A stretch of DNA of 56,841 nt from a virus (lineage: Duplodnaviria; Caudoviricetes), in the IMG/VR virus record IMGVR_UViG_3300042402_005702, positions 1 to 56,841 of that record. The stretch is one strand, 5' to 3'. Below are positions 18,018 to 27,973 of this stretch, in pieces. The notes under the pieces are model-generated. The model searched no databases and was not told the origin of the DNA. It saw only the letters and a program-made list of their open reading frames with translations. The position numbers and the translations under genes are program-made. Every line of letters begins with the position of its first letter. Positions within the stretch are counted from its first letter, which is position 1.

Positions 18018-18446
18018 ATGCCTTTCCGTCACGGTAAGAACGCGGTATTCAAGTTGGACAACTCTTCGGGTTCGCTCGTTGACTTGTCGGCATACCTCGA
18101 CGAAATCTCAATGCCTCGCTCAGTTGAAACAGGCGAAACGACCACCTTCAGCAACAACGCCAAGACCTACATCACAGGTCTTTCCGATGCGACCATTTCG
18201 CTCGGAGGCAAGTTTGACTCTACAGCAGACGCACACTTCGCTGGTGTCCTTTCGGCGTTGCTCGCCGGAACCATCGACAGCGTTTCGTTTGAGTACGGCA
18301 AGGAAGGATCCGCATCTGGACGCATCAAGTATTCAGGCGAAGCCATCTTGACGTCATACGAGGTGTCAAGCCCCGTAGCGGATGTTGTAACCTTCTCCGC
18401 AGAACTCCAAGTGACTGGTGCCATCACGCGAGGCACTTGGTCGTAA
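18018..18446 (+). CDS. Tail tube protein 2 (major tail protein)
   Basis: Paralog of the previous gene; SYEVSSPVADVVTFSAELQVTG. Confidence 0.8.
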   Translation: MPFRHGKNAVFKLDNSSGSLVDLSAYLDEISMPRSVETGETTTFSNNAKTYITGLSDATISLGGKFDSTADAHFAGVLSALLAGTIDSVSFEYGKEGSASGRIKYSGEAILTSYEVSSPVADVVTFSAELQVTGAITRGTWS

Positions 18447-18490
18447 CCAACAACGTGACCTTTGTGTCCCAACTCTCTTAAGGAGAACTC

Positions 18491-18844
18491 GTGTCCAATC
18501 TTCGTGACCAAATCATGTCTGTCAATGACACCCACAGTGAACTTGTTGAAGTTCCTGAATGGGGCGTCAAACTCGAGATCCGTTCCATGAGCGGTGCTTC
18601 GCGAGCCGTGCTGATGCAGGGCGCTGTCCAAGCGGGCGGTCAAGTTGACATGGCGCAGGTCTACCCAGACCTAATCATCCAGACGTGTTTTGACCCCGAA
18701 ACAGGAGAGCCTGTTTTCCAAACAGAAGACCGCGACCTCATCCTCAGCAAGAACGGTGCAATCCTTGACCGCCTCGCTGAAGTCGCGACTCGTCTTTCTG
18801 GCTTCAACGACAAGGCGGTCGATGAAGCGGGAAAAGACTCCTAG
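18491..18844 (+). CDS. Tail assembly chaperone (G)
   Basis: VEVPEWG; lies between the tail tube and the tape measure. Confidence 0.85.
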   Translation: MSNLRDQIMSVNDTHSELVEVPEWGVKLEIRSMSGASRAVLMQGAVQAGGQVDMAQVYPDLIIQTCFDPETGEPVFQTEDRDLILSKNGAILDRLAEVATRLSGFNDKAVDEAGKDS

Positions 18845-19026
18845 ACAACCCAGAGTTACGCTTTCAATACGAACTTGCCGAACGTCTAGGTCGCACTCGC
18901 GAGGAGTTGCTGTACGGGTCGGGCGCACACCGCCCGATTAGTTCAGCCGAGATGACGCATTGGCGTGCGGTTTGGAAACTGCGCGCATGGGAAGAAGAGC
19001 AATCGATGAAACGCGGAAGGAGATAG
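18491..19026 (+). CDS. Tail assembly chaperone G-T via -1 frameshift at GGGAAAA (18829-18835)
   Basis: The -1 frame reads RLLDNPELRFQYELAERLGRTREEL..SSAEMTHW..GRR and stops at 19026. Confidence 0.8.
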
Positions 19027-19029
19027 AAC

Positions 19030-21846
19030 ATGGCGACTGTGTTTGATGTTCTTGCTCGGTTCCGCGCAGACACCACCGACTACACCCGTAACGTTCAACA
19101 AGCGGCGAACGCTACGCACCAATTTGATGTAACAACTCAAAACGCTGGTCGAGGCATGGGTGGCGCTTTCGGCATGGTCGCTGGTCGAGTTGCGATGCTT
19201 GGCACCGCCATCGTCGGCATGACCCAGACCGCAGGAATGATGGGTATTCGCACTGCGCAAGCCAACGAACAGGCGGCGATTGGTTTCAAGGTGATGCTTG
19301 GTTCGGCAGAGAAAGCGAAAGTCTTTATGGACGAACTTATCGAGTTCTCCGCCAAGACACCGTTTGAGTTGCCACAGTTGCGATCCGCCGCGTCGGCGTT
19401 GTTGTCGACTGGTGTTGAAGCAAAACGCATCATTCCAATCATGACCGTTCTCGGTGACGCCACTTCAGCGAAGGGTTACGGCGCAGACGCCATTCAACGC
19501 GCTGTGTACGCCCTTCAGCAGATGTCAACGGCAGGTCGAGCCACAGGACAGGACATGATGCAGTTGACGCAGGCTGGTATTCCCGTGTGGGAAGCCCTCG
19601 CGGCGTCAATGGGTAAGTCCATTCCCGAAATCAAGAAACTCGGTGAACAAGGCAAAATCTCCGCCGAGGACGTGATGAAAGCCATCGAGACTGGCGCAGG
19701 CGCAGGTCTGCAAAAGGTCAAAGGAATGATGAACGAACAGTCGATGACTTTGACTGGTTTGATTTCAACCTTCAAAGACACGCTCGGTCAGTCTCTTGGA
19801 AAGATGATGGAGCCTGCTGTCGCGTCAATTAAGGAAGCGTTGCCGGGCATTACGACAATGATGGACGCATTCCTGAAGTCAGTCGCGCCGACCATCAACT
19901 CGGTCGTGGGTACCACATTGTCGTCGCTGGTTGGTTTGCTACCAGCGCTTCAACCACTCGTTCTAGGTTTCGGCGAGTTGTTCACGGGTGCGATGCAGGC
20001 GATTGCACCGTTTCTACCGATGATTGTTTCGGCAATGACAAACCTGACACCCATCTTTGAGTCGCTTGGACTGCTGATGGACGAAGTAGCGACAACTGTG
20101 ACACCTTTGGTGACTGCGCTGTTCCCTGCATTTAACGCAGTCTTGGAAACGCTCGCGGGAATTGTCGGTGGGCTGACAACTTTCATCGTTGAAAACAAGG
20201 ACGCCATCATCGTTTTAGGTGGCGCTTACCTCGCATTCAAGGGAACAATGATGGCGATTGCCGGTTACGGCAAAATCATCGCGTTCTTCAAGATGCTGAC
20301 GTCGGCAGAGAAAATGGCAACCATCCAGACATGGCTTTTCAACTCTGCGCTTTACGCTAACCCCATCGGTGTTCTGGTGGCGGCAATTGTTGGTTTGATT
20401 GCCGCTGTCGTTTTGATGTGGGTCAAGTTTGAGTGGTTTAGGAACGGCATCAAAACAATCTGGAACGCCATCGTTAGCACGGTTCAATTCGCCATCAACC
20501 TTCTGCTTGGTTATTGGGAGTTCTGGATTAACAAGTTCATCGACGGCGTCAACCTCATCATTAAGGGGTGGAACAAGATACCTTTCAACAAAGACATCAA
20601 ACCGCTCGACAAAGTGAACCTTCAACTCGACATCACCGCCGCAAAGGTTGACAAAGTGAAGCGAGGCGTTGACAGTTTGACTGGTGCCGCCGAGAGAACA
20701 GGGACAATCATCAACGGTTGGGGTTCAAACATGAGTCCTGCGATGATTAAGTTGATGCACGCGACCGCAAGTCGTGCAGGCAATAGAACACCCGCGACAA
20801 CGCCAACCCCGACGCCAGCACCGACCGAGGGAACAGGAAAGAACCCACTCCAAGGGCTGATTGACTCCATCAAGAACCTGACGTCCGACAGAGTAAACAA
20901 AGCCAACAGCCTCCTCGATGGTTTGAAGCAACGCGCCGACTCGTTCCGCGACTCCATCAAAGACGCAATCATGGCTGTCTACAGTTTCCAGACCGCCTTC
21001 GCCAAGTCGCGCCAAAGCGTCGTCGACTACGACAACGCACTGAAGGCTGTGCAGGACGCGGAAACAAAGGTCAACCAAGCCCTCGCGAACCGCGACTTCT
21101 CTGGTTATCAGCAGGCTGTCAAGGACTACACCGACGCGAGCGCACAACTCAAAACAGCGTCCGAAGGCAAGAAGACATTCTTGGAAGCCCTGAAAGCGCA
21201 ATATGACCAAGCGAAAGACTTCGGCGTCATTATCAACCGTCTCCGCGCCGCTGGTTTGAACGAAGCAGGCATCTCTCAAATTGTCCAAGCGGGCGCTGAA
21301 ACAGGAATGGCAATCGGAAATGAACTGCTGAACGGCGGATCGTCGGCAATTGGTGACGCGAACAGGTGGTACACCGAGTTGGTTGCCGCCGCAAACACCG
21401 AAGCCGATGCCGCCAAGAATCAGTTCTACGCGCAAGGTTTGAGTCAAGGCGAAGCCCTCGTTAAAGGCATCACGGACGCCGCCAAGAAACTGAACCTGAA
21501 ACTTGAGTCAAAAGGTCTGTCCAAAGCCCAACTTGAGAAACTGCGTAAAGACTTCAGCGTCAGCGTCGGTTTCTCCATGACAGCCTTGGAAACCATCGCC
21601 ACGCCAATGGCGAAGGGTGGCATTGTGCGCGCCACGTCGGGCGGGACATTGGCATTGATTGGTGAAGCAGGGCGCGACGAGGCAGTCATCCCTCTACCGT
21701 CAAACGGGATGCTTGGCGGGAACACGACCTACCACATCGAGGTCAACGTCGGAATTGGCGACAAGCACGAAATCGGACGCGAAATTGTCAACGCACTCCA
21801 AGCGTACGAAAAGCGGTCAGGACGCCTGCCCATCAGGACGATGTAA
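19030..21846 (+). CDS. Tape measure protein
   Basis: 938 aa; FSAKTPFEL tape-measure domain; C-terminal GEAGRDEAVIPL. Confidence 0.95.
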   Translation: MATVFDVLARFRADTTDYTRNVQQAANATHQFDVTTQNAGRGMGGAFGMVAGRVAMLGTAIVGMTQTAGMMGIRTAQANEQAAIGFKVMLGSAEKAKVFMDELIEFSAKTPFELPQLRSAASALLSTGVEAKRIIPIMTVLGDATSAKGYGADAIQRAVYALQQMSTAGRATGQDMMQLTQAGIPVWEALAASMGKSIPEIKKLGEQGKISAEDVMKAIETGAGAGLQKVKGMMNEQSMTLTGLISTFKDTLGQSLGKMMEPAVASIKEALPGITTMMDAFLKSVAPTINSVVGTTLSSLVGLLPALQPLVLGFGELFTGAMQAIAPFLPMIVSAMTNLTPIFESLGLLMDEVATTVTPLVTALFPAFNAVLETLAGIVGGLTTFIVENKDAIIVLGGAYLAFKGTMMAIAGYGKIIAFFKMLTSAEKMATIQTWLFNSALYANPIGVLVAAIVGLIAAVVLMWVKFEWFRNGIKTIWNAIVSTVQFAINLLLGYWEFWINKFIDGVNLIIKGWNKIPFNKDIKPLDKVNLQLDITAAKVDKVKRGVDSLTGAAERTGTIINGWGSNMSPAMIKLMHATASRAGNRTPATTPTPTPAPTEGTGKNPLQGLIDSIKNLTSDRVNKANSLLDGLKQRADSFRDSIKDAIMAVYSFQTAFAKSRQSVVDYDNALKAVQDAETKVNQALANRDFSGYQQAVKDYTDASAQLKTASEGKKTFLEALKAQYDQAKDFGVIINRLRAAGLNEAGISQIVQAGAETGMAIGNELLNGGSSAIGDANRWYTELVAAANTEADAAKNQFYAQGLSQGEALVKGITDAAKKLNLKLESKGLSKAQLEKLRKDFSVSVGFSMTALETIATPMAKGGIVRATSGGTLALIGEAGRDEAVIPLPSNGMLGGNTTYHIEVNVGIGDKHEIGREIVNALQAYEKRSGRLPIRTM

Positions 21847-24666
21847 ATGGCTTACCCAACTCTCACCGTCGAGATTGCCTTTGACGACTCGCCCTACGAA
21901 GAAAGCCCAACGTGGACGCCAATCACCGAGTTCGTAAGCGAGGTCAGCATCCGTCGTGGACGGAGCGACGACTGGAGCGACGACTTTGTTTCAACAGCCA
22001 ACGTGACGCTCATCAACGACGACCGTCGTTTTGACCCGTTCAACGTTTCAGGCATCTACTTCAACAAACTCCGCCCGCGCAAACAAATCCGCATACGCGG
22101 AACCATCAACGGCAACACACACACCATTTTCAGAGGCTTCGTGAACGGGTTCCCCGTGACGTGGAAGAACATGGGGTCGGACACCAAAGTCACCAAAGTG
22201 GTCGTCGACTGTTTTGACTCGTTGGCGTTGCTTTCAACGTCAGTGCTTCGCGGTGACCTTGCAGAGATTTACACCAAGTCGCTGACGCCGAGGCATTACT
22301 ACCGTTGTAGCGATCCAAGTGGAACGCTGACCCTGCCAGACTTGGGTTCCGCAAACTACCCTGTTTCGTTCAATTCGGCATTTGGCAAAGTTCCTGCGTC
22401 TTACGTCAACCTCGGTTTGGGTTTGTCGGGAACGAGCATGAACGCACCGTTCGGGGCTTACGGTTCCTCCCTTGCCACCGTAACCTCGACCACCGGCGAT
22501 GTTTCAGTTTCAATGTGGACAGCCGCAACAGGACAACCAACACGACAGTTGTTCTCAATCCAAGGTTCAGGAACGGACTACATCCAAGCCAACGTCGGCA
22601 GTTCATTCGGGTCGGGCGGCTCGTACATTCAACTCATCTACGGCAACTTCATCACAGCGTCGTTTCGCGAATCAAAGACTAATGGGTTTGACTCCAGCAT
22701 CCCTCATCACTTGATTTTCACCTACGAAAAGTCAACAGGCATTGGCAAAATCTATATTGACGGTGTCGACCAAACGTCAACCGCAAGTGGAGCAAACCAA
22801 ACGGGCGTGAACCTTTTCCCGAACGTCAGCGTCGGGTTCGGTAACGGCGCGTACCAAGAAGTCGCTGTCTTTGACCGCCTGCTTACCGCAACAGAACGCG
22901 AGAACCTTTACAAGTTCGGTCAAGGCAACCAATCCGAAGCAACGAACACTCGACTAAGCCGCCTGCTCGCTTTGACAGATTTACCAGTGGGTCTTTACAG
23001 CGTCAACGCAACGGCGTACGGGGTCATCGCTGGAGTACCGACACCAAATCAACCCGTCATTGACGCCCTTTTCCAAGCGCAACGCACCGAAGGCGGGTAC
23101 CTGTTCGTTAACCGTTCAGGTGTCCTTGTTGGCAAAGACCGCTTGTTCTTCCAGTCGCTGACGTCGTCCGCGACGTTTGATGACGACAACACCGACTTTG
23201 GCTACATGGGCGACGTCGAGATGTGGTACGACGGCGACAATTTACGCAACGAAGTCATCCTGCGTTACGGCGGAAACGCCTCGCAACAGGCATCTGGATT
23301 GTTTGACGTTTCATCAATCATTGACAACGGACGCCACACACTGTCGCTCGATGTGCAGTCGTCAAACGCAGACGAGGCGCAGGAACTTGCGCAACATTGG
23401 CTTCGCTACGGACTTCAAAACCCGCCGTCTATCAGCCCACTTGAAGTTGGATTACCAGCAACAAGCGCGCAGTGGGAAACGCTTCTGCAAATGGAACTGC
23501 TCGACCGTGTGACGTTCAAACGAACTCCACCAGTCGGTTCGGCGTTTCGGCGTGACCTTTTGATTAACAGCCTTGAGTATTCGCTGACACCTAAGAAGTG
23601 GAGCATGACCATTTCAGGGTCGAGTCGGTTCACAATCACCGTGACCTCGCGCACGGCGACGGGTTCAGGCACCGGATCGTCAAGCACGTCCTTTGACATT
23701 GACCCAAAGCCGAAAATCCGCAACGTGCAAACGACCGCTTACAACTCTAGTTCTGCGACGTTCTATGGCGAGGTCTTGCCGGGCGAGGACACAACATCTG
23801 TCTGGTTTGAATACAGCACGGACTCATCGTTCAACACAGGCGTCACAACTGTGACAGCCACACCATCGTCCATTTCCGGCGGAGCGAGTTGGACATCCGT
23901 TTCGCGTTCCATCACAGGGCTTTCAAGCGGCGTCACTTACTACTTCCGAGTCAAAGCGACAAACGCAATCGGAACAACCTACGGTTCTGGTGGAGGCTTC
24001 ACGACTTACGTCTTAAAGATTGTGACTTTCACATCGAGCGGAACTTGGACAGCGCCGACTTGGGGAGGCACACCAGAAACAGCGTGCTTCTATGTTCAAC
24101 TTGTCGGTGGCGGTGGCGCTGGCGGCGGATATTTCGGCGGTGGCGGCGGTGGAGCCGGTCAGTACGCGCAGGAAGTTGTGACCCTTTCAAGCAGTATGTC
24201 GGCGACTATTGGCGCGAACGGTGGAACTACGACATTGACTAACGCTGGCGGAAATGCCCTCGGCGGTTTTGACGGCATCAATGGATCCATTTTCGGCACA
24301 CCAGACGGCGGAGCATCGCGCGCAGGATTTGCAGGCGGGACGGGCTTCTTTAGCGTCTTTACGGGCGAGTCCGCAGGTGGTGGTGGCGGTGGTCAAGGCG
24401 GCGCGGGCGGGAACTACTTCTTTGTTTCAGGACAGTTGCGCGGTGGTGTCGGTGGAACCTCCGCCACCATGACGTATTGGGGAATTGCTTATGGTGGCGG
24501 AGGTGGAGGTGCCAGTGCGTACGGTAATGGCACGCATGGCGGAGGCGACTACGGTCGAGGAGGCAACGGCGACGGTACAGGTAGCACCGCAGGGTTCGCT
24601 AGATTTCTTTATTACGCACCAGCCGGAACACGGTCTGGTACAGGCTGGAGCGAGGTGAACTACTAA
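21847..24666 (+). CDS. Minor tail protein with LamG-like, FN3-like and Gly-rich domains
   Basis: W..IT..V..I.RGR N-terminus; HHLIFTY..IYIDG..EVAVFDR.LT; TGLSSGVTYYFRVKATN. Confidence 0.8.
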   Translation: MAYPTLTVEIAFDDSPYEESPTWTPITEFVSEVSIRRGRSDDWSDDFVSTANVTLINDDRRFDPFNVSGIYFNKLRPRKQIRIRGTINGNTHTIFRGFVNGFPVTWKNMGSDTKVTKVVVDCFDSLALLSTSVLRGDLAEIYTKSLTPRHYYRCSDPSGTLTLPDLGSANYPVSFNSAFGKVPASYVNLGLGLSGTSMNAPFGAYGSSLATVTSTTGDVSVSMWTAATGQPTRQLFSIQGSGTDYIQANVGSSFGSGGSYIQLIYGNFITASFRESKTNGFDSSIPHHLIFTYEKSTGIGKIYIDGVDQTSTASGANQTGVNLFPNVSVGFGNGAYQEVAVFDRLLTATERENLYKFGQGNQSEATNTRLSRLLALTDLPVGLYSVNATAYGVIAGVPTPNQPVIDALFQAQRTEGGYLFVNRSGVLVGKDRLFFQSLTSSATFDDDNTDFGYMGDVEMWYDGDNLRNEVILRYGGNASQQASGLFDVSSIIDNGRHTLSLDVQSSNADEAQELAQHWLRYGLQNPPSISPLEVGLPATSAQWETLLQMELLDRVTFKRTPPVGSAFRRDLLINSLEYSLTPKKWSMTISGSSRFTITVTSRTATGSGTGSSSTSFDIDPKPKIRNVQTTAYNSSSATFYGEVLPGEDTTSVWFEYSTDSSFNTGVTTVTATPSSISGGASWTSVSRSITGLSSGVTYYFRVKATNAIGTTYGSGGGFTTYVLKIVTFTSSGTWTAPTWGGTPETACFYVQLVGGGGAGGGYFGGGGGGAGQYAQEVVTLSSSMSATIGANGGTTTLTNAGGNALGGFDGINGSIFGTPDGGASRAGFAGGTGFFSVFTGESAGGGGGGQGGAGGNYFFVSGQLRGGVGGTSATMTYWGIAYGGGGGGASAYGNGTHGGGDYGRGGNGDGTGSTAGFARFLYYAPAGTRSGTGWSEVNY

Positions 24667-25001
24667 TGCATTCTTTCTATGCACGAATTGTCGACAACAT
24701 CGTCGTCGACGTGATTGCTATTCCGCGTGAAGCAACGTGGAACGAAAACGGTGTCGAGGATGACACGGTTGGAGTTGCCTACTGCAACTCACTGTTAGAA
24801 GCCGAATGGGTGCGCACCTACCCAGACGTCCGCAAACACAAATGGTTCGCTGGAGTTGGATTTACATGGCGACCCGACCTTGACGCATTTGTACCGCCCC
24901 AACCGCACCCTGACTGCACATTGGATGAGGAGCATTGCCACTGGATTGCCCCAGACGGCACAAACGTTTCAGTCCCACCGAAACCCCGCTCAACGCCGTA
25001 G
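24666..25001 (+). CDS. Tail-associated small protein
   Basis: YA.I..N.V..VI..W.RT..AG.G..DAF.PPQP motif, which typically follows Gly-rich tail genes. Confidence 0.7.
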   Translation: MHSFYARIVDNIVVDVIAIPREATWNENGVEDDTVGVAYCNSLLEAEWVRTYPDVRKHKWFAGVGFTWRPDLDAFVPPQPHPDCTLDEEHCHWIAPDGTNVSVPPKPRSTP

Positions 25002-25048
25002 CGCGCTAGGATTTCCGCAGGAAACGTCGTGACCTTTGTGTCCCCGTA

Positions 25049-25294
25049 ATGGAGGAACCCAAAGTGAACATTCAAACCATCGCACTACGTCTTGTAGCAA
25101 CATTCGTGACCAGCGCCATCGGCGCGATTGGTGTCGGTGCATTTCTTGACGTCGCACCACTCACCTCAGCCGCGCAGGCTGGAGGCGGTGCTGTCCTGAC
25201 AGTTGTTTTGGCTCTTGCCAACGCATACCAGAAGGACGGCAAGTTGGACGACGGCGAGGTACAGGCGGCTTTTGATGCCGTCGATAAGAAGTAG
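25049..25294 (+). CDS. Putative holin (2 TM)
   Basis: Two hydrophobic helices and a DGKL..E..AF tail. The start may be GTG 25064. Confidence 0.6.
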   Translation: MEEPKVNIQTIALRLVATFVTSAIGAIGVGAFLDVAPLTSAAQAGGGAVLTVVLALANAYQKDGKLDDGEVQAAFDAVDKK

Positions 25295-26504
25295 GGCACT
25301 TTCCTCCGTTGCTGTCGCCATCTCAGGGCTGTTGCTCTGGGTTTGGGTAAGCCCCGCAAACGCGGACGTCAACTACGGCGTTAACGTCACCGTTTACAAC
25401 AACTACGGATTCAACGCTTCGCCGCCAATTCCACCAGACCGTCCGATTGTAGGGACGATGGTGGAAACGAATATCGACCATTCGTTTGACCAGCAACCTT
25501 TGTTTCAGATGTACGAGGACTTCGTCGTCCGTTACGACGGGTTCATTTCTGCACCGAGTACGGGAAATGTGCAGTTCATGGCTCAAGCCGACGACGGCAC
25601 CATTTTCCTACTCGACGGACAACAGGTCACTAACGATTGGGTTGACAAAGGCGGCGGAGGATCGGTCAGCGAACCCGTCTATATGGTCGCAGGTCAGCCT
25701 GTCCCGTTCACGCTTTGGTTCTACGAAAACGGTGGTGGGGCGTGGGTTCAACTGTGGTGGATGCACGATAACGAGTGGGAAATTGTCCCCGCGTCTGCGT
25801 TCACATTGACAGCAGAACAGACAACCACCACAACGTCAACCACCACGACCACGACGACTTCCACATCGACTTCCACGACCACAACGACTGAAGCGCCACC
25901 GTCAATTTCCACGACCAGCGAAGCGCCCGCACCGACGGTTGTTGAGACGACATCGACGACCCTTTACCAGCCCGAAACAAGTAGCAGTATGCCCACAACA
26001 ACGGCAACGCTGGCGACGACAACAAGCAGTAGTTCTTCAACTTCATCAAGCACGACGACGACTGTACCACCAGCCCCACCTGCGGAGCCGGTGGAGGAGA
26101 AGTTTGACGCTTTGGTTGCGATGCTGGAAAATGCGTCCGCCGAACAGGTTCAGGAGACGCTGACTGCTTTGTTGGAGTCTGACGTCACCGAGGAGCAGGC
26201 ATTTGAGTTGGCGACAACACCTGAAGTCTTAGAAAACGCAACCAGCGAACAGGCTCAAGACATCTTTAATGCTGTTGTGGTTGACGACTTAACGGACGCT
26301 GAAGCGTCTGCGCTTGTCGAGGCTGTTCAAGAAGCCCCGACCGAGGTGCGCGAGGCATTTGAGGAGGAAATAAACGTGTTCGGCGGGAAAACAGACAATT
26401 ACATCCCGCTTGGATCCGTCATCCCCGTTGAACAACGACGTGCGCTCATCGCAATCACAACGGTTGCTTTCATTGCCCCAACCATCATTTCAAGGAGAAA
26501 CTAA
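25275..26504 (+). CDS. Membrane-anchored PA14-domain protein with a Thr/Ser-rich stalk
   Basis: Signal peptide; F.VRYDGFI..ADDG..WFYENGGGA..L.W (PA14 signature); poly-Thr linker; C-terminal hydrophobic helix. Confidence 0.85.
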   Translation: MPSIRSRALSSVAVAISGLLLWVWVSPANADVNYGVNVTVYNNYGFNASPPIPPDRPIVGTMVETNIDHSFDQQPLFQMYEDFVVRYDGFISAPSTGNVQFMAQADDGTIFLLDGQQVTNDWVDKGGGGSVSEPVYMVAGQPVPFTLWFYENGGGAWVQLWWMHDNEWEIVPASAFTLTAEQTTTTTSTTTTTTTSTSTSTTTTTEAPPSISTTSEAPAPTVVETTSTTLYQPETSSSMPTTTATLATTTSSSSSTSSSTTTTVPPAPPAEPVEEKFDALVAMLENASAEQVQETLTALLESDVTEEQAFELATTPEVLENATSEQAQDIFNAVVVDDLTDAEASALVEAVQEAPTEVREAFEEEINVFGGKTDNYIPLGSVIPVEQRRALIAITTVAFIAPTIISRRN

Positions 26505-26677
26505 TGCGCAAGTACGCAGGTTCCATCACATCACTTTTGCTTTGGGCGTCAGGAACGGGACTCGTTCTCATCACGCTTTCAGGTGAAACGCTGAACAAAG
26601 CCATCTACATCAGCGTTGCCACTCTCATCGTTAACGTCATCGCGATTGCGTTTAACGTCGGCGTCGACGACGAATAA
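26504..26677 (+). CDS. 57-aa two-TM membrane protein (not in ORF track)
   Basis: AAGGAGA RBS, TAATG overlap; MRKYAGSITSLLLWASGTGLVLITLSG.. Confidence 0.7.
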   Translation: MRKYAGSITSLLLWASGTGLVLITLSGETLNKAIYISVATLIVNVIAIAFNVGVDDE

Positions 26678-26745
26678 GTGTTGAGCGGGGTTGTGATAGG
26701 GTTTGCCTAGACTACGCTGACGTATTCAACCCCAGAGAGGCAACA

Positions 26746-27339
26746 ATGCAGTACCCCGTGAAGCCCGTCGTCTTGCCGAAAGACCTCAAAGGCATCGAGA
26801 ACGGCAAACTCCCCGCAAACCTTCTCGTGGACATCAAGCCCAACGGTCAAATGCATCATCTCGCCGCGCGCGCGTGGAGAGCGATGCGACACGACGCCAA
26901 TGTTGAAGGCGTACTGCTTGGACACGTCGGCGCGTACCGCCCCTTTGAACAACAGTTGAGCCTGTTCAAACAACGCTACGTCAAAGGCGACTCAGGTGAT
27001 CCGCGCAAAATTACCCGCAAATACAAGAACGAAGTCTGGATGCTAAAGAAGGGCATGGCACCCGCAGGAAGCCCCGGCACATCCAATCACGGATGGGGAC
27101 TTGCCATCGACGCCGCCGTCATCGTCAACAAGAAAACAATCCCCATCACGTCTGACCCAGACGGCAAGGGCGGCTTCAAGTCAGGCTTGGAGTGGTTGAT
27201 GAAGAACGCGCTGAAGTACGGCTTTTCTTGGGAAATCAAAGAAGGCGCGCAAGCCGAAGCATGGCATATTCGCTACTTCACCGGCGACAAACTCCCACAG
27301 GCTGTTCTCGACTACGAGGCAAAGAAGGCTCAAGGATAA
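26746..27339 (+). CDS. Endolysin, M15 family (VanY-like) peptidase
   Basis: YR..QQ, PGTSNHGWGLAID (SxHxxGxAxD), EAWH. Confidence 0.85.
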   Translation: MQYPVKPVVLPKDLKGIENGKLPANLLVDIKPNGQMHHLAARAWRAMRHDANVEGVLLGHVGAYRPFEQQLSLFKQRYVKGDSGDPRKITRKYKNEVWMLKKGMAPAGSPGTSNHGWGLAIDAAVIVNKKTIPITSDPDGKGGFKSGLEWLMKNALKYGFSWEIKEGAQAEAWHIRYFTGDKLPQAVLDYEAKKAQG

Positions 27340-27342
27340 CTC

Positions 27343-27729
27343 ATGACTGACTCTGGCGTCATTTCAATTGTTGTCGCGGTTATTTCCGCGTTGGGAGCGA
27401 TTGGGGCGTCAGTTTCTGGTGTTCTTGCCGCGAAGGCGCGACGCGAACATAAAGATTTCCGCGAGGAAAACACATCGCAACATGGTGCAACATTGGCGCT
27501 CATCCGAGACATCGAGTTGACCACACGCGAAACACGACAGGACGTGCGCGAGATGCGGATTGACGTATCCGAACTGCGTAGCGACTTTGAGGAGCATAAA
27601 CTTCTTGGAGCGTCGGCTCACGAGCCGAGTCCACGAACGAAGGAAACATCAAGTGGCACCAACCCGAAAGCCAAAGTCGTCAAAGCCGTCGACGAAACCA
27701 AACGTAAGCCTCGCCGACGCGCTTCTTAG
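27343..27729 (+). CDS. Membrane protein with coiled coil (lysis accessory)
   Basis: N-terminal TM segment; follows the endolysin. Confidence 0.65.
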   Translation: MTDSGVISIVVAVISALGAIGASVSGVLAAKARREHKDFREENTSQHGATLALIRDIELTTRETRQDVREMRIDVSELRSDFEEHKLLGASAHEPSPRTKETSSGTNPKAKVVKAVDETKRKPRRRAS

Positions 27730-27973
27730 TCACCCAGACGACCAAGGGAACTGCACCGTTCACCGCATTCGTATGCAGGTGGATGAAACAACGCGCAAGT
27801 TAATCGACGAACGCATCGAGGACATTCGCCGCCGTCGGGATTTTGCCCCGACAACAAGTCCGCAGGGAATTACCGCTTCGTGGCTTGCGCGTGTCCTGCG
27901 GGAACACGGCTTCACAATCGCTCTCGCAACTCTCAGCAACCACATCGCAAGGAGGTGCCGTTGTGGGTATTGA
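27653..27973 (+). CDS. Small HTH/Cys protein
   Basis: C.V..LARVL..G..H..R.CRC motif, common upstream of phage phosphoesterases. Confidence 0.55.
   Translation: MAPTRKPKSSKPSTKPNVSLADALLSHPDDQGNCTVHRIRMQVDETTRKLIDERIEDIRRRRDFAPTTSPQGITASWLARVLREHGFTIALATLSNHIARRCRCGY

Noticed and set aside
25820-26070. ACC/ACG microsatellite as a phase-variable repeat
   Set aside because: An imperfect repeat that encodes the Thr/Ser linker.
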